A stretch of DNA of 64,000 nt, taken from positions 1 through 64,000 of the forward strand of contig CAVUXE010000075.1 of assembly GCA_963745235.1 (NCBI GenBank), written 5' to 3'. This DNA comes from an uncultured Spirochaetota bacterium. GTDB taxonomy: Bacteria > Spirochaetota > Spirochaetia > SZUA-6 > Fen-1364. Within the stretch, counting starts at the first letter, position 1; each line of letters begins with the position of its first letter. The translations under genes were made by a program, and so were the position numbers. Positions 30,973 to 41,009 of the stretch are shown here, one piece after another. The notes beneath the pieces were generated by a model. That model made no database searches and was not told where the DNA came from. It worked only from the letters and a program-made list of their open reading frames with translations.

Positions 30973-31291
30973 GGTACGAACTCCTTGCCGGCAATGAAAA
31001 GCCGAGCGTGGTCTTTGACCCCTATTGCCAGAATCCAGACCTGCCGGGATTCCGCCTCGACCTCGTAGAAGACACGAAATCGACTGTCGGGGCCACAGCG
31101 TAACTCCCAGGTAGCACCGTAGGGGCCAGGAGACCGCTCCAGCGGCTTGCGGTTGGAGTTTCCTGCCGCGGCGCGAAAGACAGTTGTTCCTTGACGGTCT
31201 CCCGCAACAGGCGCAGGTATCTCCGGTCTATGGCGTTGATGTGCGCATGGACTTCGGGAGCGTAGGCAAGAGATCGAGTACGTCCAGCCAC
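30969..31291 (-). CDS. RelE/ParE-family toxin, one frameshift
   Basis: LAYAPEV..H..AI...EQLSF.P..ET + NRKPL....WELRCGP..RFRVFYEV....V.ILAIGVK. Confidence 0.85.
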
Positions 31292-31292
31292 A

Positions 31293-31328
31293 GACTATAA
31301 TTATAGTCAGACAGCATTCCGGTATCAA
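31293..31328 (-). promoter_or_regulatory. Sigma70 promoter with palindromic operator
   Basis: TTGATA-17-TATAAT; perfect 16-bp palindrome GACTATAATTATAGTC (31293-31308). Confidence 0.8.
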
Positions 31329-31588
31329 TTGACACCGGGCCCCATGGTCAAGGATCGGAGCGTTGCGTAAGGTACGCCACTATGGCAGCGGACAGCGACC
31401 GCATCCATTCGGGCATAGTACGGTCAGACCCCCACGCCCGGGAACCTATGCCATAGAGGACTCAGAGCCGCTGTTGGGCCACCCATGAACCTGCTGACGG
31501 CCGCCTTAACGATTCGTATGCCCCACTCCACGTGCAGTGCTCCGCCAAGAGTTTTCTGACACACCCATCTCAACCTCAGCATGCTTCC

Positions 31589-32005
31589 TCACGTTTTCTC
31601 TCTTGCCAGAACTTCGACGAAACCATCCGGATTGACTATCCGCACTCCTTCACATTTTCCAATTGAGAGCAAATGATGGTCTCCTGATACAAGGTAATCA
31701 ACATTCGCTTCTATCGCGCAATCCAAGAACATATTGTCTTCCGGATCATCCTTGACTAATCCACGATGTTTCCGCGGTTCAACCCATTCTGCAATAGCAA
31801 TCATTTCGGAAATGATCGCCTGAACCGTTTGAGGGCCAAATCCAAACTTCGGTCTATGAAGAACTGCGCCAAGTTCCGCGATCGTCGGACCGGATATGCA
31901 GATTCTTATTGTCCCCCCGACGGCGGCTTCGAGAATTTGGCGAGGCTTGCCTCCAAAAAGAACGGCCGACAGCACTACATTTGTGTCTAGAACAACTTTG
32001 ATCAT
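31589..32005 (-). CDS. PIN-domain toxin
   Basis: VVLDTNV.LSA, DDPEDNMFLDCA, VSGDHHLL. Confidence 0.92.
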   Translation of the reverse strand: MIKVVLDTNVVLSAVLFGGKPRQILEAAVGGTIRICISGPTIAELGAVLHRPKFGFGPQTVQAIISEMIAIAEWVEPRKHRGLVKDDPEDNMFLDCAIEANVDYLVSGDHHLLSIGKCEGVRIVNPDGFVEVLAREKT

Positions 32006-32251
32006 TTACTTTTGTTTTTCTTTTCTGTAGTTGGCTATTTCCTTTTCGATGTCAGCTTCCGTCAGCCGATTCGCCCGGGCAAGTTTGGTACCTGCCTGAA
32101 AGATCTGATTCCATCTGCGCTTCCGCTCGATGTAGCTCCGGGCAGCTTCGCGAATAAGCTCTGACCGCGATCTCGACTCCTCTTGCGCTACCTCATCTAT
32201 TTGCTTGAGCAAATCCCTGGTAAAGGAAATGTTGACAGTACTCATGATCAC
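32006..32251 (-). CDS. CopG/RHH antitoxin
   Basis: TVNISF..DLL..ID.VA..E.RSRSELIREA. Confidence 0.9.
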   Translation of the reverse strand: MIMSTVNISFTRDLLKQIDEVAQEESRSRSELIREAARSYIERKRRWNQIFQAGTKLARANRLTEADIEKEIANYRKEKQK

Positions 32252-32368
32252 ACCTCAAATGAAAGCGTGCATACAAACTTTGTACATTGTCAAGGGACCT
32301 CACAGCGACGTCAACCGCAACGACTTGACATGTCCAATCAGGATTGTCAGCCAGGCCACGCGAGGCGG

Positions 32369-32785
32369 TCAGTCGGTCCGATCTTTCTTGTTCTTCAAGA
32401 TCTCCCAGAACTGCCTTGGCGGTACTATCGAAATTTCTGCATGCCGCTCCAGGATCAGCAGGTCCTCGTCTCCTGTGATGATGTAGTCCGCCTTTGACTC
32501 TTCGGCGAGGGCCAGGACATGGTCATCTGACGGATCCCTCGACACACGCCTTGATAGACGTTTTGTCTCTTGGACGGACGCGTGGTTCGTGAGATAGTCG
32601 ATTGCGCCGTCGACGAGGGCCGGTGGCACCTTCAACTTGTTCTGGAGGGCACCCGCGACTTCTCTCAAGATTTCGTCACTGAGCACGATCTCATGCTGGT
32701 CAATACATACCTCGAGGAGGGCATGGCATAGCCCCTGGGTTGCGAACGCCGCTATGATGACATTCGCATCCAGTACAAGTCTCAT
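32369..32785 (-). CDS. PIN-domain toxin
   Basis: LVLDANV.IAA, RDPSDD.VL, ITGDEDLL. Confidence 0.92.
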   Translation of the reverse strand: MRLVLDANVIIAAFATQGLCHALLEVCIDQHEIVLSDEILREVAGALQNKLKVPPALVDGAIDYLTNHASVQETKRLSRRVSRDPSDDHVLALAEESKADYIITGDEDLLILERHAEISIVPPRQFWEILKNKKDRTD

Positions 32786-33000
32786 GAAATGCTTTTGAAC
32801 ACATCCTCATCCGTCAGAATCCCCTGCGCTTCGGCGAACGGAAGGATGGTGTTGCGCAACTTTCTGAAGTTGTAGATCGACACGTATCGCTGAATCGACT
32901 CGCGTACCAGATCGCTTACGGGCTTTGCTTCTGAATCGCTTATCTCCTGCAACTCTTTGCGGAGATCATCGGGAATACGGACGGTCAGGGCCCGTTTCAT
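32782..33000 (-). CDS. CopG/RHH antitoxin
   Basis: LTVRIPDDL..EL......SDLVRES...AEAQGILTDEDVF. Confidence 0.9.
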   Translation of the reverse strand: MKRALTVRIPDDLRKELQEISDSEAKPVSDLVRESIQRYVSIYNFRKLRNTILPFAEAQGILTDEDVFKSIS

Positions 33001-33017
33001 AGTTTCACCTCGTGCTA

Positions 33018-33042
33018 CAACGTACTACAACGTAGTACGTTG
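33018..33042. promoter_or_regulatory. Inverted-repeat operator in a TA promoter
   Basis: CAACGTACTAC-AAC-GTAGTACGTTG next to a minus-strand TTGACC. Confidence 0.7.
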
Positions 33043-33165
33043 GTCAATGTGCCTCCATCAAGGGCGATTGACATAACACAGATTTATTCCTGTTTTATCC
33101 CGGGTTAATGGAATCTGCTTCCCTTCGCTGCGAGATTATGATTTGCAGAAAGGGAACACGGCAGC

Positions 33166-34152
33166 ATGTCCATCAACGGGAGCGTCTTCGCCCCCATCGC
33201 CCTGCTTGCATATAACCGCCCGGCACATCTCGAAAGATGCCTCGCCAGTCTGCGACTGAACCCGGAGTGCGCCCGGACCGTCCTCTACTGCTACTTGGAC
33301 GGTCCCCGCTGCTCTGAAGACGCCCGCATGGTTGAACAGGTCCGAGGGATTGCCCGAGCAGCCACCGGGTTTCGCGCAGTGAACATTGTCGAGAGAGACT
33401 GCAACTGGGGCCTTTCCAGAAACGTCATAGGCGGCGTCACCCAGGTCCTTGCGCACCACGAGAAGGTCATTGTCGTGGAGGATGACCTGGAGGTGTCCTC
33501 GACGTTCCTGCGCTACATGAACGAAGCGCTGAGCTTCTATGCATCATCTCCGGAGGTTTTCAGCGTCAGCGCATACAACTACCCGAAGAAGCTGTTCTCC
33601 GTTCCAAAGGGCTATCCCTTCGACGCGTTCTTCGTTCAACGGCACATGTGCTGGGGGTGGGGGACCTGGCGGGACAGGTGGCAAAGGGCGGACTGGCAGG
33701 TCCGTGATTACGACTCGCTGAGCAGGAGCGAATCGTGGCAGCGCTCTTTCCGCGAGGGCGGAGTGGATCTTCCGGGCATGCTGGATGCGCAGGTCCATGG
33801 TCAAGTCGATTCATGGGCCATCCGGTGGACGCATGCTCATTTCACCCACCATGCGGTCTGTCTTGTCCCGGTGGAATCTTTCGTCAACAACATGGGTGCG
33901 GACGGCTCCGGGGTCCACATGAAGCGCTCCAACCGCTATTTCCACCCGACGTTGAACAACAGGGAGGAGCTGCGGCTCCCCTCCCTCGTGTACGTGGACC
34001 CGTTCATCGCCCGAATGTACAAGACAGTGGAAAGGAGAAGCCTTGCTTTCCGAGCGGTGCGCAAGGTCTCACGGATGGTCCTGGGCGTCGGAAGCCCAGG
34101 CACCTTGAGCGCGGCGCTGAATCAGAACAGGGCCAGTACGTCCCGCGGGTGA
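33166..34152 (+). CDS. GT-A fold glycosyltransferase (family 2-like)
   Basis: APIALLAYNRP.H, DGPR, N.GL, IVVEDDL, CWGWGTW. Confidence 0.88.
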   Translation: MSINGSVFAPIALLAYNRPAHLERCLASLRLNPECARTVLYCYLDGPRCSEDARMVEQVRGIARAATGFRAVNIVERDCNWGLSRNVIGGVTQVLAHHEKVIVVEDDLEVSSTFLRYMNEALSFYASSPEVFSVSAYNYPKKLFSVPKGYPFDAFFVQRHMCWGWGTWRDRWQRADWQVRDYDSLSRSESWQRSFREGGVDLPGMLDAQVHGQVDSWAIRWTHAHFTHHAVCLVPVESFVNNMGADGSGVHMKRSNRYFHPTLNNREELRLPSLVYVDPFIARMYKTVERRSLAFRAVRKVSRMVLGVGSPGTLSAALNQNRASTSRG

Positions 34153-34775
34153 GCCGCAAGGACGCGGGCGCCCGCCTCCCGGAGCTCCCCTTCCGGGCGA
34201 AACCCCCACAGCGCGCCAACAGGGAACATCCCGGCCGCCACGGCCGTCTGCATGTCCGTGTTCGTGTCACCAAGGTAGAGGAAGGCAGCGGGCGCCACCC
34301 CGACACTTTCGCTGATTGCCAGGGCCGCTGCCGGATCCGGCTTTCTCGGCATTCCAGGCTGCGCGCCCTGAGCCGGGCTGAAGCGCCATCTGCCAAAAAA
34401 ATGCCGCGCAATCTCCTTCACAAACGAGTCCGGCTTGTTGGAAAGAATCGTAAGGAGTGTGCCCTTTTCCGTGAGGCCGTCCAGGAGCTCAAGTATCCCC
34501 GGGTACGGATGGCTTTTGACCTTCCAGCGCAGCCCGTACTGGTCCCTCATTCCCAGGACGCATGCCCTGACTTCCTCCGGGTCCTCGCTCAGCGCTGGGG
34601 GCAAAGCCCTGCGGGCAAGCACCTCCATCCCGTCTCCAACAAAGTACCTGTACTCCACAACGGGGTGCGTGGGATGACCTCGAGAAGCGAGTACCGCATT
34701 CATGGAGTCCGCCAGGTCCTCAAGCGTGTCCAGGAGAGTGCCGTCCAGGTCGAAAAGCACAGCCGTGTATGTCAT
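34122..34775 (-). CDS. HAD hydrolase, phosphoglycolate phosphatase-like
   Basis: FDLDGTL, SNKP, KPDP, GDTNTDM. Confidence 0.9.
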   Translation of the reverse strand: MTYTAVLFDLDGTLLDTLEDLADSMNAVLASRGHPTHPVVEYRYFVGDGMEVLARRALPPALSEDPEEVRACVLGMRDQYGLRWKVKSHPYPGILELLDGLTEKGTLLTILSNKPDSFVKEIARHFFGRWRFSPAQGAQPGMPRKPDPAAALAISESVGVAPAAFLYLGDTNTDMQTAVAAGMFPVGALWGFRPEGELREAGARVLAAHPRDVLALF

Positions 34776-34865
34776 GGTCGATTGCGGAGTATAGCGGAAT
34801 TCCGGCGGATTGCCATACAGGCGAATTGACATGCGGCGGACCTAACCTGCACTATGCATGCCGTT

Positions 34866-35918
34866 ATGGAAAAACAGAAAACCGTGCTGGAGAGTGAGAT
34901 TGGAGAGCAGCCTGAAGCGCTTGCTCGGACTTTGGATTCATGCGGACCGGCAGTGGAGAAGCTCTGCGCGGAGATAAAGCGCAAGGACATCTCCTACGTA
35001 ATGATTGCCGCTCGGGGAAGCTCGGACAACGCCGGGACCTACGCGAAGTACCTCTTTTCGTCCTTCAACGGCTGGCCTGTGGTCCAGAGCACGCCGTCTC
35101 TCTATACCTTCTATCACACGCCGCCGCGCCTGAAAAACGCGCTTGTGGTTGGGATATCGCAGTCCGGGCAGTCCGAGGACATTGTGGAGGTCATGGCGGA
35201 CGCGCGCAGACAGGGCGCCTTGAGCGTATCCATTACAGCGGATGCATCCTCCCCCCTTGCCAGGACCTCGGACCACGTTCTCCTTCTGCAAAGCGGCGCT
35301 GAGAAGGCGGTTGCCGCAACAAAGACCTTCACGTGCTCTCTCGCCCTCCTTGCAAGCCTCTCGGCAACCCTGCACGGGGATAAGAGCAGGGTTACCGCCA
35401 TGAAGGGGCTTCCGCAGCACGCGGCAAGAACGCTTGAGACTGCCGCGGGAGCTGCAGCGGCCAAGGCGGAACGCTACCGGTACATGGACCGGTGCGTCGT
35501 CATAGGGAGGGGATTTTCATACGGAATTGCGCTGGAAATTGCCCTCAAGCTCAAGGAGCTGACATACGTCACGGCAGATCCTTACTCCTCCGCGGATTTC
35601 CTCCACGGCCCCATGGCAATGGTGGAGCCCGGGTTCCCGGTGATCCTCGTGGCTCCCAGCGGAATCCTGCTCCCGCACATGAAGGAGTTCGCTTCCCAGC
35701 TTGCCCACAGGGGGGCCGAGGTGCTTGCCATCAGCGACTCCCCGGAGATCCTCAATTTCGGCCACACGCGTCTTCCCCTGCCGGAAGGCCTCCCCGAATG
35801 GCTGGCTCCGATAGTGGCCGTGATTCCCGGGCAGCTCCTGGGGCTCCACCTGGCGCTTGCCAAGGGCTTTGACCCGGACGCGCCGCGGGGGCTGAAGAAG
35901 GTCACCGTGACCAGGTGA
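34866..35918 (+). CDS. Double-SIS sugar-phosphate isomerase/deaminase (GlmS C-terminal-like)
   Basis: EI.EQP, ARGSSDNA, ISQSGQS, VAATKT, ALKLKE, HGP, LKKVTVT. Confidence 0.9.
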   Translation: MEKQKTVLESEIGEQPEALARTLDSCGPAVEKLCAEIKRKDISYVMIAARGSSDNAGTYAKYLFSSFNGWPVVQSTPSLYTFYHTPPRLKNALVVGISQSGQSEDIVEVMADARRQGALSVSITADASSPLARTSDHVLLLQSGAEKAVAATKTFTCSLALLASLSATLHGDKSRVTAMKGLPQHAARTLETAAGAAAAKAERYRYMDRCVVIGRGFSYGIALEIALKLKELTYVTADPYSSADFLHGPMAMVEPGFPVILVAPSGILLPHMKEFASQLAHRGAEVLAISDSPEILNFGHTRLPLPEGLPEWLAPIVAVIPGQLLGLHLALAKGFDPDAPRGLKKVTVTR

Positions 35919-36665
35919 TCAGCTCTTGCTGACTTTCTTGACGTAAAAGAACAGGATTCCGCCCTGCGCTTCGAAGGAAAGCTCCCAGGACCCCGGATCG
36001 AAGACGGCAAGGATCTTCTTCATCGCATCCGGCGCTATGGGGTTCTCGCTGAGAATCTCCTCAGGCGGCGTCTGCACGAAGACCGTCCCGAAGACGCTTC
36101 CGTCCTTCTTCAGGGTGCGCAGCATCTCTTCAGCGGCTTTGGAGGGATTGGGGAAAACGTTGAAAGCCATCAGGGCAAGGCAGACGTCCACGCAGGTGTC
36201 GGGAAGCGGAATACGCTCCGCGTCAATGTTCCACAGCGCGGCGTTGAGGTTGTCACCCAGGAGGCTCTTGGCGTGGCCCAGCATTTCAAGGGAGATGTCC
36301 ATCCCCAGGTAGATGGAGGTCTGGGGAAGAAAAGACACAACCGGAAAAGAAGTTCCGCATCCGACATCCAGGATGACCTTGCCCCCTGCCGTGCTCATGA
36401 ACGCCTCCAGCTTGGCGGTGTAAACGTTCCAGGGGCAGGAAAGGCTCTCCACGAGCCTCACGATGGCGTTGTCATAGGTGCCTGAGACCGAATCAAATGT
36501 GGTCTGGACGATCTTCTGTGTATCTGTCAGGGGAAGGGATGTGAGGAAGTCGACAATTCCATTTTTCAACGGGTACACCCTGCCGCACTTGGAGCAGGTA
36601 AAAGAATCTCCGTTGCGGGCCAGGTTCTCCCTGCAGCTCGGGCAGAAGGGCGAGGAGAGTTGCAT
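35919..36665 (-). CDS. Class I SAM methyltransferase with N-terminal Zn ribbon
   Basis: CPSC...CSKC, LDVGCGT, DIS.EML. Confidence 0.85.
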   Translation of the reverse strand: MQLSSPFCPSCRENLARNGDSFTCSKCGRVYPLKNGIVDFLTSLPLTDTQKIVQTTFDSVSGTYDNAIVRLVESLSCPWNVYTAKLEAFMSTAGGKVILDVGCGTSFPVVSFLPQTSIYLGMDISLEMLGHAKSLLGDNLNAALWNIDAERIPLPDTCVDVCLALMAFNVFPNPSKAAEEMLRTLKKDGSVFGTVFVQTPPEEILSENPIAPDAMKKILAVFDPGSWELSFEAQGGILFFYVKKVSKS

Positions 36666-36781
36666 GAAGATGATTCTATGGCAACAGGTTGTCGTCTGTC
36701 AAACACTATCCTGGCAGTTTCGCCGCTTCTGAAAGCTGTTACGGCTCCATACCGAGTTCATACCGATTGTAGAGGCACGAT

Positions 36782-38777
36782 TTGAGCGATTTTTCCCGTT
36801 TCCTGAACGAAAAGCAGTCCGAGGCGGTGCATTGGATGAACGGCCCGGTCCTTATCCTGGCCGGCGCAGGCTCGGGCAAGACCAGGGTCATCACGTATCG
36901 CATCGCCCACCTTCTGACCAAAGGCGTCCCACAGTCTGAGATCCTTGCGGTGACTTTCACGAACAAGGCAGCCCGGGAGATGGCGCAAAGGATTCGGGCC
37001 CTCGTTCCCCGGAAGCTTGCCCGGCTCACCGTCAGCACTTTCCACTCCCTGGGGGCGCTCATTCTGCGGGAAAGGGCTTCGATTCTCGGCTACAGGCCCA
37101 ATTTCACGATCTACGACTCCCAGGACCAGGCAAGCCTGATCAAGGAGACGGGCCGCGAGTTGGGATTGAAAGGGGATTCCCTGGACCTTGCTGAAGCTGC
37201 CAGGGTCATTTCCCTGGTGAAAAACGGAAGGGCCGGGTGGACGGATGCGAACAAGCATCTGAAGAAGCTCTACGGCGAGTACCAGAAGAACCTCAAGCTC
37301 TACAACGCAGTGGACTTCGATGATCTCATCATGCTTCCCGTTCAGCTCCTCGCGGAGTCCAAGGAGACCAGGGCCCACTACACGTCCCGGTTTCGCTTTG
37401 TCCTTGTGGACGAGTTCCAGGACACCTCGGGCAACCAGTACGACATGATGCGTTTGCTCGTTGGGGAAGAGAGGAACGTGTGTGTCGTGGGTGATGACGA
37501 CCAGTCCATCTATTCCTGGCGTGGGGCAAGCTTCGAGAATATCAAGAGGTTCGAATCTGACTTCCCGGGCGTCCACGAGATCAAGCTGGAGCAGAATTAC
37601 AGGTCCACCGGCACCATTTTGCGGGCCGCGAATGCCCTGATCTCCCGCAATTCCAACCGCAAGCCAAAGGAGCTGTGGACGGGGCTCCCGACGGGGGATC
37701 CGATAGAGGTTTTTGCCGCGGAGAACGAGCTTGAAGAGGCGGAGTACATCTCTTCGAAGATCAGGACGCTGATGATCCGTGATTCACTGCGCTTCCAGGA
37801 CTTTGGCGTCCTTTTGCGGGCAAACCATCTCACCCGGGCGCTGGAGGAAACATTCCGCAAGGAGAACCTTCCTTATTCGGTTTCCGGGGGAATGAGCTTC
37901 TTCGAGCGCCAGGAAGTCCGGGACATGCTTGCCTATCTCAAGCTCATTGCAAACCATGACGACGATACGAGCTTCCTGAGGATCGTCAACACGCCTCGCC
38001 GCGGCATCGGGAGGAAGCTCCTGGAGCACATCGCGGCCTACTCTGCTGAGCACCACTGCTCGCTTTTCAGCGCGCTCTCCACGCTGGCCGGGCAGAGGGA
38101 GACCGCGCTGGACGACAAGTCCGGGGCCGCCGCCGGGGAGTTCGCGGAGCTGGTGGGCAGGTTCCGCTCGAAGCTTGTCGGGGGCGGAAAGATAGCGCAG
38201 GGCGTGCGGGAGCTGGTGGAGGAGATAGACTACTGGGGGCACCTGGTTTCGGAGAACCGGGACGCTCGAGGACAAGGATGTCGTGAAGTGGAAGTTCGCG
38301 AACGTGGAGTCCCTGATCGGCTCTCTTGCGGATTTCGAGGAGGACCCTGACAACCACCGCCCGAGCCTGTACGACTACCTTGCCCGAGTCACCCTGGCAA
38401 GCAGGGATGACCTGGATGACAAGGAGGAGGAAGGCAGGGTCAGCCTGATGACCATCCATTCAGCAAAAGGGCTGGAGTTTCCCGTCGTCTTCATTGCCGG
38501 AGTCGAAAAAGACATCATTCCGCACGCGCGCTCCGTAGAGGAGGCGGAAACCAACCTCGAGGAGGAGAGGCGGCTTTTCTATGTCGCCCTCACACGCGCC
38601 GAGCGCAGGCTGTACCTGACCTGGTGCTCGTCCCGCAGGCGAATGGGAAAGCCGTCGGAGGCATTCCCCTCCCCGTTTCTTGACGAGCTGCCGCCGGATT
38701 GCCTGGAGATGCACGCGCCGGATGAAAGCTTCACTCCGGACTTTGCCGCCGCGTGGAAGAAGATCGCAAAGGAGTAG
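36782..38777 (+). CDS. UvrD/Rep/PcrA helicase, frameshift near 38270
   Basis: LAGAGSGKTRVIT, TFTNKAA, DEFQD, QNYRS, LMTIHSAKGLEF, EERRLFYVA. Confidence 0.93.
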
Positions 38778-38785
38778 GAAAAACG

Positions 38786-38809
38786 AAAGGCGCCCTCTCG
38801 GGCGCCTTT
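38786..38809. terminator. Hairpin terminator between convergent genes
   Basis: AAAGGCGCCC-TCTC-GGGCGCCTTT. Confidence 0.8.
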
Positions 38810-38835
38810 GCGTTGTGTGCCATTCCGTGCGGTTC

Positions 38836-39717
38836 TTACATGTACGCTCGCAGCAGATGACTGCGTGAAGGGTGCTGGAGCCTCTTGATGGCCTTCTTCT
38901 CGATCTGGCGGATGCGCTCCTTGGTCAGCTTGTACATGCTGCCGATCTCCTTCAGCGACATCGGCCTCTTTCCATTCAATCCGAAGCGGTACTGGATGAT
39001 CTCCGACTCCTTCTGGGAGAGGGATGTCAGGACGTTGTTTATGTCCCGGCGAAGCGAGCTTTCTATCACCACGTCATCCGGGGTGATGTGGTTCTTGTCT
39101 TCAACGAAATCTCCAAGGAGAGACGAGTCCTTCTCCGAATACACGGGCGTGTCCAGCGAGATGAGCTCACGGGAGATGTTCAGCAGGTCCGAAACGTGCT
39201 CCCGGTCGATCTCCAGCTTCTTGGCGATCATGTCGGTCTCCGACACGAGGAACTGCTCACCCTGGAGGTCCTTGCGCACTTTCTCGATCTGCACCAGCTC
39301 GTTGGCCCTGTTCAGGGGCAGGCGGATCATCCGGGATTTCTCGCAGATTGCCTTCAGGATGGCCTGTCGGATCCACCACACCGCGTACGAGATGAAGTGG
39401 TAGCCCTTCTCGACGTCAAACCGCTCGATTGCGTTCATGAGCCCGATGTTGCCCTCGCTGATCAGGTCCGCGAGGGGGAGACCCTGGTTCTGATATTTCT
39501 TTGCGACGTTGACCACGAATCGGAGGTTGGCCCTGATGAGCTTCTCTTTGGCCAGCTGGTCCGCCTTGGCGGCCCGGCGGGCAAGCTTCTCTTCTTCCTC
39601 ACGAGTCAGCAGAGGTATCTTGTTGATCTCCTTGAGGTAGAGGGAAAGGATATTCTCATCTGCCCTGGATGTTTTCTTCTCTTTCTCTATTGAACTGACT
39701 GCAGTGCTCATATTCAC
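38836..39717 (-). CDS. Sigma70-family factor lacking region 1.1 (RpoS-like)
   Basis: YLKEI..IPLLT, NLRFVV.VAK.Y, DLISEGN.GL, YAVWWIRQ, ERIRQIE; 293 aa. Confidence 0.9.
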   Translation of the reverse strand: MNMSTAVSSIEKEKKTSRADENILSLYLKEINKIPLLTREEEEKLARRAAKADQLAKEKLIRANLRFVVNVAKKYQNQGLPLADLISEGNIGLMNAIERFDVEKGYHFISYAVWWIRQAILKAICEKSRMIRLPLNRANELVQIEKVRKDLQGEQFLVSETDMIAKKLEIDREHVSDLLNISRELISLDTPVYSEKDSSLLGDFVEDKNHITPDDVVIESSLRRDINNVLTSLSQKESEIIQYRFGLNGKRPMSLKEIGSMYKLTKERIRQIEKKAIKRLQHPSRSHLLRAYM

Positions 39718-39734
39718 CTCTTGCCCCTATTTGA

Positions 39735-39751
39735 AGCAAGGACCATGCCAA
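39735..39751 (-). promoter_or_regulatory. Sigma54 (-24/-12) promoter of the sigma factor gene
   Basis: TTGGCATGGTCCTTGCT (GG-N10-GC), just upstream of SD GAGGTG. Confidence 0.8.
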
Positions 39752-39881
39752 GGGATTCCCGGGGAGGTAATCCAAGATGTTTGGTGATAACGAGTTAGAA
39801 GTCGCTACTTTTCAGATCTGTTATGGAATCCTAACAATGGGTCAATATGACACAAATCCTGCGATAACAGAATATTATGAA

Positions 39882-40563
39882 TCAAAATATACCAGTCAGA
39901 AGCTCCTCGTTTGCGGGGGTGCGCCCGCAGCACAAAGCGAAAGGCAACCCGGAGCCGCAAAGGCACCGCTCCTCCAGCTCCACCTTCTTTCGGGTCTGGA
40001 AGTTCACACCGATGACCTGGGAATCCTGCCGTCGCCTCGGGCACCCCCGCCCCTGGAAAAACGATGCTGACCTTGCGGAAATAACTGAGCTTGTCGCATG
40101 ACGACCTGCCCCGCAGATCCTCCGAGCTCAGCAGCGCAACCCAGTGGTCATGGATCAGGTCGCTGATCATGTCCTTTTCAGCCATGGTGGAGAAGGTTCT
40201 CTTGTTCTTCCCCATCAGGTAGCGAGCCGTCTGGATGGAAGAGAACGCCTGCCAGTCATCCTCCAGGGCGTTCGCCTTGCGCTCCATGCCGTAGGAGTTC
40301 GTGAGACGGGCCAGCATCTTCCGCGTGTGGCCCCTCTTGTTCAGCCGCTGGCAGGAAATCCAGCTCTTGATGGCTGACTGGGAGAAGCCCATGCGCCTGA
40401 GGGCAACGCCCGAGAAAAGGCAGATCCGGTAGAGCTCCCGGGAGCGCGACGCCGGGCACTTCTCCATTGCCACTTGAAGAAAATGAATGGCCTGGGCTGG
40501 TTGGTGGCGCGCAAGCGAGCCCAGCCCCTTGTCAAAGTACATGCTCCACGGCGAAATAGGCAT
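39882..40563 (-). CDS. Hypothetical protein with TPR-like N-terminus and SEC-C-like C-terminus, frameshift near 40040
   Basis: Helical N-terminus; shifted-frame C-terminus RCLCGSGLPFALCCGRTP..EELLTGIF*. Confidence 0.65.
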
Positions 40564-40733
40564 CCCAATCGAAGGTACTCCATGCCGTTTCTGAAGACAA
40601 GTATTTCAACGCGGACAACACCGCGAACAAATCCTTGACGCTCACGGGGAGCGTTGGGTATATTCCTCTCAAAATCACTGTCACCCAGTGTGAGATTCGC
40701 GGCATCACAACTATTAAGGGAGGACGACTGAAA

Positions 40734-41000
40734 ATGAAGGTCATGCCACTCGGAGATCGTATTCTGGTCAAAATGGTGGAGATGGAGACCAAGACGGCTG
40801 GGGGGATCCTGATTCCGCAGACTGCCCAGGAAAAGACCCAGGAAGGGATCGTAATTGCGGTCGGAGATGATGAAAGCATCAAGGTGAAAGCCAAGGACCG
40901 GGTCATCTACGACAAGTACGCGGGGACGACAATCAAGATCTCCGGGGAAGAGCAGCTCATCCTCAAGGCTGCTGACATCCTGGCCAAGGTGGAATCGTAG
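40734..41000 (+). CDS. groES: Co-chaperonin GroES, no adjacent groEL
   Basis: PLGDRILVK, TAGGILIP.TAQEK, YDKYAGT. Confidence 0.95.
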   Translation: MKVMPLGDRILVKMVEMETKTAGGILIPQTAQEKTQEGIVIAVGDDESIKVKAKDRVIYDKYAGTTIKISGEEQLILKAADILAKVES

Positions 41001-41009
41001 AGGCAGGGC

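Noticed and set aside
31330-31588. Additional attC sites (GCCCAAC at 31473-31479 and GTTAAGG at 31504-31510, minus strand)
   Set aside because: I could not find complementary L/R boxes at a proper spacing; at best these are degenerate remnants.
33010-33045. CRISPR or iteron-like repeat
   Set aside because: Only about two 10-bp units forming an operator palindrome; there are no spacers or cas genes anywhere in the window.
40660-40700. CIRCE element before groES
   Set aside because: Only a short CACTG-N5-CAGTG hairpin is present; it does not match TTAGCACTC-N9-GAGTGCTAA.
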